A stretch of DNA of 64,000 nt from Salpingoeca rosetta (taxonomy: Eukaryota > Protista > Choanoflagellata): positions 2,025,479 through 2,089,478 of the forward strand of contig JAWQFM010000003.1 of the NCBI GenBank assembly GCA_033442325.1, given 5' to 3'. The notes under the pieces were generated by a model. The model ran no database searches and had not been told where the DNA came from. It saw only the letters and a list, made by a program, of their open reading frames with translations. Numbering within the stretch: the first letter of the stretch is position 1; each line of letters starts with the position of its first letter. This document shows positions 59,636 through 64,000 of the stretch, piece after piece. A program made the translations under genes and the position numbers.

Positions 59636-59869
59636 GTGGGGAACAGCCTCCAAGCAAATACACGGTCTGCCAAGCGCTCGCCTTCAAAAACATCCCCGAG
59701 CCAGGCCGGCAAGCGGAAACAGCAAAAGCGGAAGCAAGGAGCGAAAGACAGCCAACGCCCGCTCACACACTACCTGTCCAACAACAGCCACAGCAGCGGT
59801 CAGCCCAGCGCCAAAGCTGCCAAGCTTAATGCTGGGGGTGAGGACGAGAAAAAGTGTTCTCTGTCGTAG
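53863..59869 (+). CDS. SLF2: SLF2/FAM178A-like protein (SMC5/6 localisation factor, CANIN domain)
   Basis: Segments resemble recalled human SLF2 in the same order: [11 protein letters not shown] (~IPDHHPGEEIF), [18 protein letters not shown] (~TSAY..CPVPVLKWLF), [18 protein letters not shown] (~WIPSLSDVAAVFFNMGID), [20 protein letters not shown] (~HPHNLLWLVQLVP), YLDRAKFK (~FYRTKVK). Acidic N-terminus; polyD and polyQ tail. Confidence 0.65.
57776..57900. repeat. ~50-bp intronic minisatellite (about 2.5 copies)
   Basis: CTGTGAATGCGTTGTGTGTGTGCGTGTGTGTGCATGTGCTCTCTCTCTCC is repeated. Confidence 0.65.
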
Positions 59870-60559
59870 ATGACAGATGTTGCCTTCTGGTTTCGTGTTG
59901 TAGGTGGGTTGGTTGGATGACCTGACATGACATTGCATTGTTACACGAGCACTGAGTGAGTGAGTGAGTGTGTGTGTGTGTGTGAGTGCGCGCGCGTGTG
60001 TGTGTGTTTGTGGTTGCCCCTCGTGTTCTTCTTGGTGTTGCATCCAACTCTTGTTGCATTCAATTTTGTTGATGCGTTTGGGCCATTGTGTATTGGTAGT
60101 TGGTGTGTACATGCGAGCACAAGCGACACTCACACGCGCGTGCGTGTGTGCGCGAATGAATACAGCATGTTCTTGTCCATCCATCACGTACAAGCATTGG
60201 GAAATACTTGCACACGAAACGAGACTACAGCCGCCGCCCAACCCACGTAGACCAAAGACACGGACACAATCAACAAGGACAAGGTGACACGTTGCGAAGG
60301 GGTACTCGCTCAAAACCTCTCCTTTCCCCATCACCAGCACACCAAACCATTCATCGTGAGGCAACCAATGAGTGGATGGATGGATGGGTGGATGGATGGG
60401 TGAGAGAGAGGAGGGCGGGTGCCGACGCGTGCTGGCGAACATCGCCATTACAACACAAAACACACACACACATGGATAGGGGCACAGAGTTGAAAAGTAT
60501 CAAAATGCGGGAACGAGCAAGGATGCGACCGTTCACAAGCAAGAGACCAGGAACAATGT

Positions 60560-60627
<68 letters not shown>

Positions 60628-60761
60628 GCAAGACGCAGACGCGGACACACACACACACACACACACACAGACACACACACACACACAGACACAGACACAG
60701 ACACAGACACAGACACACAGACACAGACACAAAGACACACAGCATCACCACCACCACGCGA

Positions 60762-61943
60762 CTACTCGAGGGAGAGGGCGTGGAACCTGTCGAGCTCCTT
60801 GAGGGATGCGGCTAGATCTGGTCTGCTCATGATTCGACGCTCAACGGTGTGCTGCGACCGGCGCTTGATCTCATCTGATCGCTCCCGCAGAAACAACCAC
60901 AGCTGCTCAAGCCCGTAGCTGTCCTCGTGTGGCTCGTTGCCAACAAGGTAGATGAAGTCGCGAAAGACGCGTTCACGATAGGTCGTGGACAGGCTGCCAC
61001 GGAGAAACCTGTACAAACACTCAATTCCTTCGCGCTCGCCAGCGGTGTTGTCTTCCAGCGCAAGGTCCTTGAACATCTGATACATGTTGCGGTTGAACTT
61101 GTGCTGCAAGCGCGCCACCCAGAACTGGTACAGGCTGCTGACGAGTGGCGACCGACCGTACCCAAGCGCCTGTCGCTGCGCCAGCGCTCTGTCAAGAAAC
61201 TTGAGGTACTTGTGGTAGAGGTAGTTCTGCAAGAGATCGTGCCCGTCCGTCACCTCGTCCGTGTCTTTGCTGCTGCGGAGTGCATATGACTGTGGTGCTG
61301 ATGGCACACCCTGTGAGGATGCTGATGATACCGATGACGAGGGCGTCACGGTCGAGGTTGGTGGTGCTGTCGACTGCGATGCTGTCGAGGTGGTTGGCGT
61401 CGCGGTAGGGCGGCTGGAACGGCTGTCCTTCCGACGAGTGGTCCGAGCTTCCGTCACACCAACCCTTGTTGTTGTTGTTGTTGTTGCTGTTGTCGTCGTC
61501 GTTGCTCCTGATGTTGTTGCTGCTGTCGTAGTCGCTGTTGTGGTCGCTACTACTGCTGCTGCTGCTGCTGTGGTTGAGCCAGTACCATCCACGGTGAGCG
61601 AGCGCACACCATCGACAACCGCCTCCCCGGCATCGTCGTTGTGGTTCTCTTTGTGTGGCGGTGATGGTGATGGTGCCGGCTGGGGCTGGAGACACGATGG
61701 CACAAACGGCTCTGCATTGGCGTTGAGCGTGGATTGCTCCAGCCGCTGCTGAAGTTTCGTCATCTTCCGCGTCTGCGGTTTTGATTTGCGAGGCCGCGAC
61801 CTGAGAGAGAGAGAGAGTGTGTGTGTGTGTGTGATTATGTGTGTGTGTGATTGTGCGTGCATTGTGTGATGGGACGTGAATACCAAAATTGCTGGAAACT
61901 ACAAGCATCTTGCACCCTTTGCTCCACGCTGACATCACGCACA

Positions 61944-61974
<31 letters not shown>

Positions 61975-63707
61975 GCATTCACACACACGCATACACACAC
62001 ACGTACACACGCATGCACACACGCACATGTACAACGCATTACAAACGCTCACCTGTGGTGAGTCCTGTGGGTGTGAACGTAGTGGGTATAAGGATGGTGG
62101 TGCTGGTGTTGCGAGTGGCGACTGCCACTCTGGTTGTGGTGGCGGCGATTGTGGTTGTGGTTGTGCGTGCCTCCGCGCGGGGCTGAGCTTGCCTTGTTGC
62201 TGCGGTGCTGGTGACGAGGCTGGTTGAGGCTGTGGTGCGGGTGGTGTTGATGGCGGCTGTTTCCGTTTGGACGAAAGTGGCGTGCGTTTGCTCCCGGAGC
62301 CCCGCGAGGTCGATGCACGTGTGGTGCTCGCACAGTACCGCTACCTGCGTGTGCGTGTGGTGGCCGCATTCCAGCTGAAGCTGCAGTGGGCATGCGCACA
62401 GGCATCGGCAGGCCTGGGCCCAGCAGCCCTTGTGGTGCCGTTGGGTGGAAGGCAAGCGCATGTGCCTGCAGCACGCGCGGGTTCATGTGCTGCTCGACTG
62501 CAACCAGCGAGGGCATTGCCTGGTGTGTGTGTGGTGGTGGGCCCGGAATGGTTGAGCCAGGATGCTGCAACACAGGTGCTGGACACGAGCTCATCGTCTC
62601 AACTGCCACGGGTGCGTGCATATATGGCGGTGGCAGCGGCATGGGCAGAAAGGCACCTGGCACAAGCTGCATATGGCCTGGGTGCTGCTGCTGTTGCTGG
62701 TGGGGTTGGTGGGGTTGGTGGGGTTGATTACGGTGGCCTGCCCACGCTTCTGCTGGCTTTGGCGGCTGCTGTTGAGCCGGTGGAAGTTGACGTAGGCTAG
62801 CCGTCGATTCCACACCAGGCTGTTGCTGTTTGGGTTCAGGGGTAGCTACGGTGGCGACTGTTTGTTCTGAGACAGCTGCAATCGGCGCGAGGGTGGCGGG
62901 TGTTGTTGTTGTTGGTGTTGTTGTTGGTGTTGGTGTTGGTGTTGTTGGTGGTGTTGCTGACGACAAAGTGGTTGGAGCAGACCCGGTCATGCCGCTGCTC
63001 GAGGGAGCGACAGGCACTGACGAGGACGACGGTGCAGCATCGCTGCTGAGCAAATTTGATGGCATTTCCAGCGCATGGGTGCTGCTGCTGACGGGAGAGG
63101 GTGCAATGTGGTAGGTGGTGGATGACGTGCTGTGCATGTCCAGCGATTGGGATGTCGCGGGCGACGACAGTGATGCCATAGGAGATGGAGACGTTGTTGC
63201 AGCGCTTGATGTGGACGGGGTGAGGGTGCTGGTGGTCCAAGGGATCAGCGACGCTGAGATGTCTGTGGCGTCACTGAGCAGGGTGGCAGCAGATGCGCCT
63301 GGCTGCGGGCTAAACGACTTGCGGAGGCCGGGGCGCTGCTGTGGTGTTTGATTTCCACGCGCCTCCGTTATGGCATGCAGTGCTTGTACGGTGTCAGCGT
63401 ACGTGTCACTGGCAGAACGTTGATGTCTCGACATCTGACTCGCTGTGGTTGCCAAAGAAGCCGAAGAAGATGACAGTGGCGGTGTTGACCATCGCGCATC
63501 TTGTAGGCGCTGCTGCTGCTGTTGTTGTGGCAGTGGTGGAAGCTGTTCCTGAGATTGATGTTGTTGCAGTAGTGAAGGGCCTAATGTGCTGGACGCGTCA
63601 CTGGCATTCGTGTTGCTGTTCCCGCTGCTGCTACTCTCATCGTTGTCAGTGTTGCTGCTCGTCAGTGCAGTGCTCGTTGGCGCAGCAGAGGGTGGATTGC
63701 CAAACAT
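60762..63707 (-). CDS. DM15-repeat (LARP1-like) protein with a PAM2 motif; no La motif visible in the window
   Basis: Exons 63707-62053 and 61800-60762. PAM2: STLNANAEPFVPS. DM15: HDLL..YHKYLKFLDRALAQRQALGYGRS..SLYQFW..KFNRNMYQMFKDLALED..GIECLYRF..FRDF..YGLEQLWLFL. An upstream exon outside the window cannot be excluded. Confidence 0.8.
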
Positions 63708-63918
63708 GGCGATTGGCTCGTTCGTGCGGCCGCACCACGAGCAGCAATCAACACGAACACACGTGTGGTCACGCAAGGCACATGGAACCAACCACCCAAA
63801 CAAGGCAGTGAAAGAGAGTGTGCTGTGTGTATGAGGGGTTGTGCACACACACGTGTGCGTGCAAAGCTTTTCCCTTCCTCCGTCGTGCTTGTAGAATATT
63901 TGCAATGTGGACAGACGA

Positions 63919-63987
<69 letters not shown>

Positions 63988-64000
63988 CGCGTGTGTGTGT

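Overview
Intron-dense eukaryotic DNA saturated with (GT)n/(CA)n microsatellites. Its style and holozoan gene content suggest a choanoflagellate such as Salpingoeca rosetta (inference). Most entries in the ORF track are microsatellite artefacts. By splicing exons by hand I find 14 protein-coding loci: a myristoylated repeat protein with PPxY motifs, PRA1, a whirlin-like HHD-PDZ-PDZ-HHD-PDZ scaffold, PGM3/AGM1, a PH-KHA-tyrosine-repeat adaptor, a TTC6-like TPR protein, an intronless pogo/Tigger/CENP-B-type transposase gene with a degenerate catalytic triad, PFKFB, an OSCA/TMEM63 channel, a single-pass receptor with Notch-like ankyrin repeats, a PTB-domain protein, an SLF2/FAM178A-like protein and a DM15 (LARP1-like) protein. 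That list names 13 loci; a possible 14th at 18.4-18.9 kb could not be supported and was rejected. The best leads are: (1) an OSCA/TMEM63 channel with a signal peptide and an 8-Cys ectodomain hidden by a 1-nt frameshift; (2) an apparently domesticated, catalytically dead pogo transposase; (3) a PH-KHA docking protein with about 8 repeated Tyr motifs; (4) an ankyrin receptor with an NPxY motif facing a PTB adaptor across an apparent sequence discontinuity at about 53122; (5) a DM15 protein with a degenerate cap pocket; (6) 5'-GT/3'-CA polarity inside introns; (7) a compositionally foreign 279-bp intronic block; (8) a shared palindrome in three promoters. Family assignments come from recalled motifs, not database searches.
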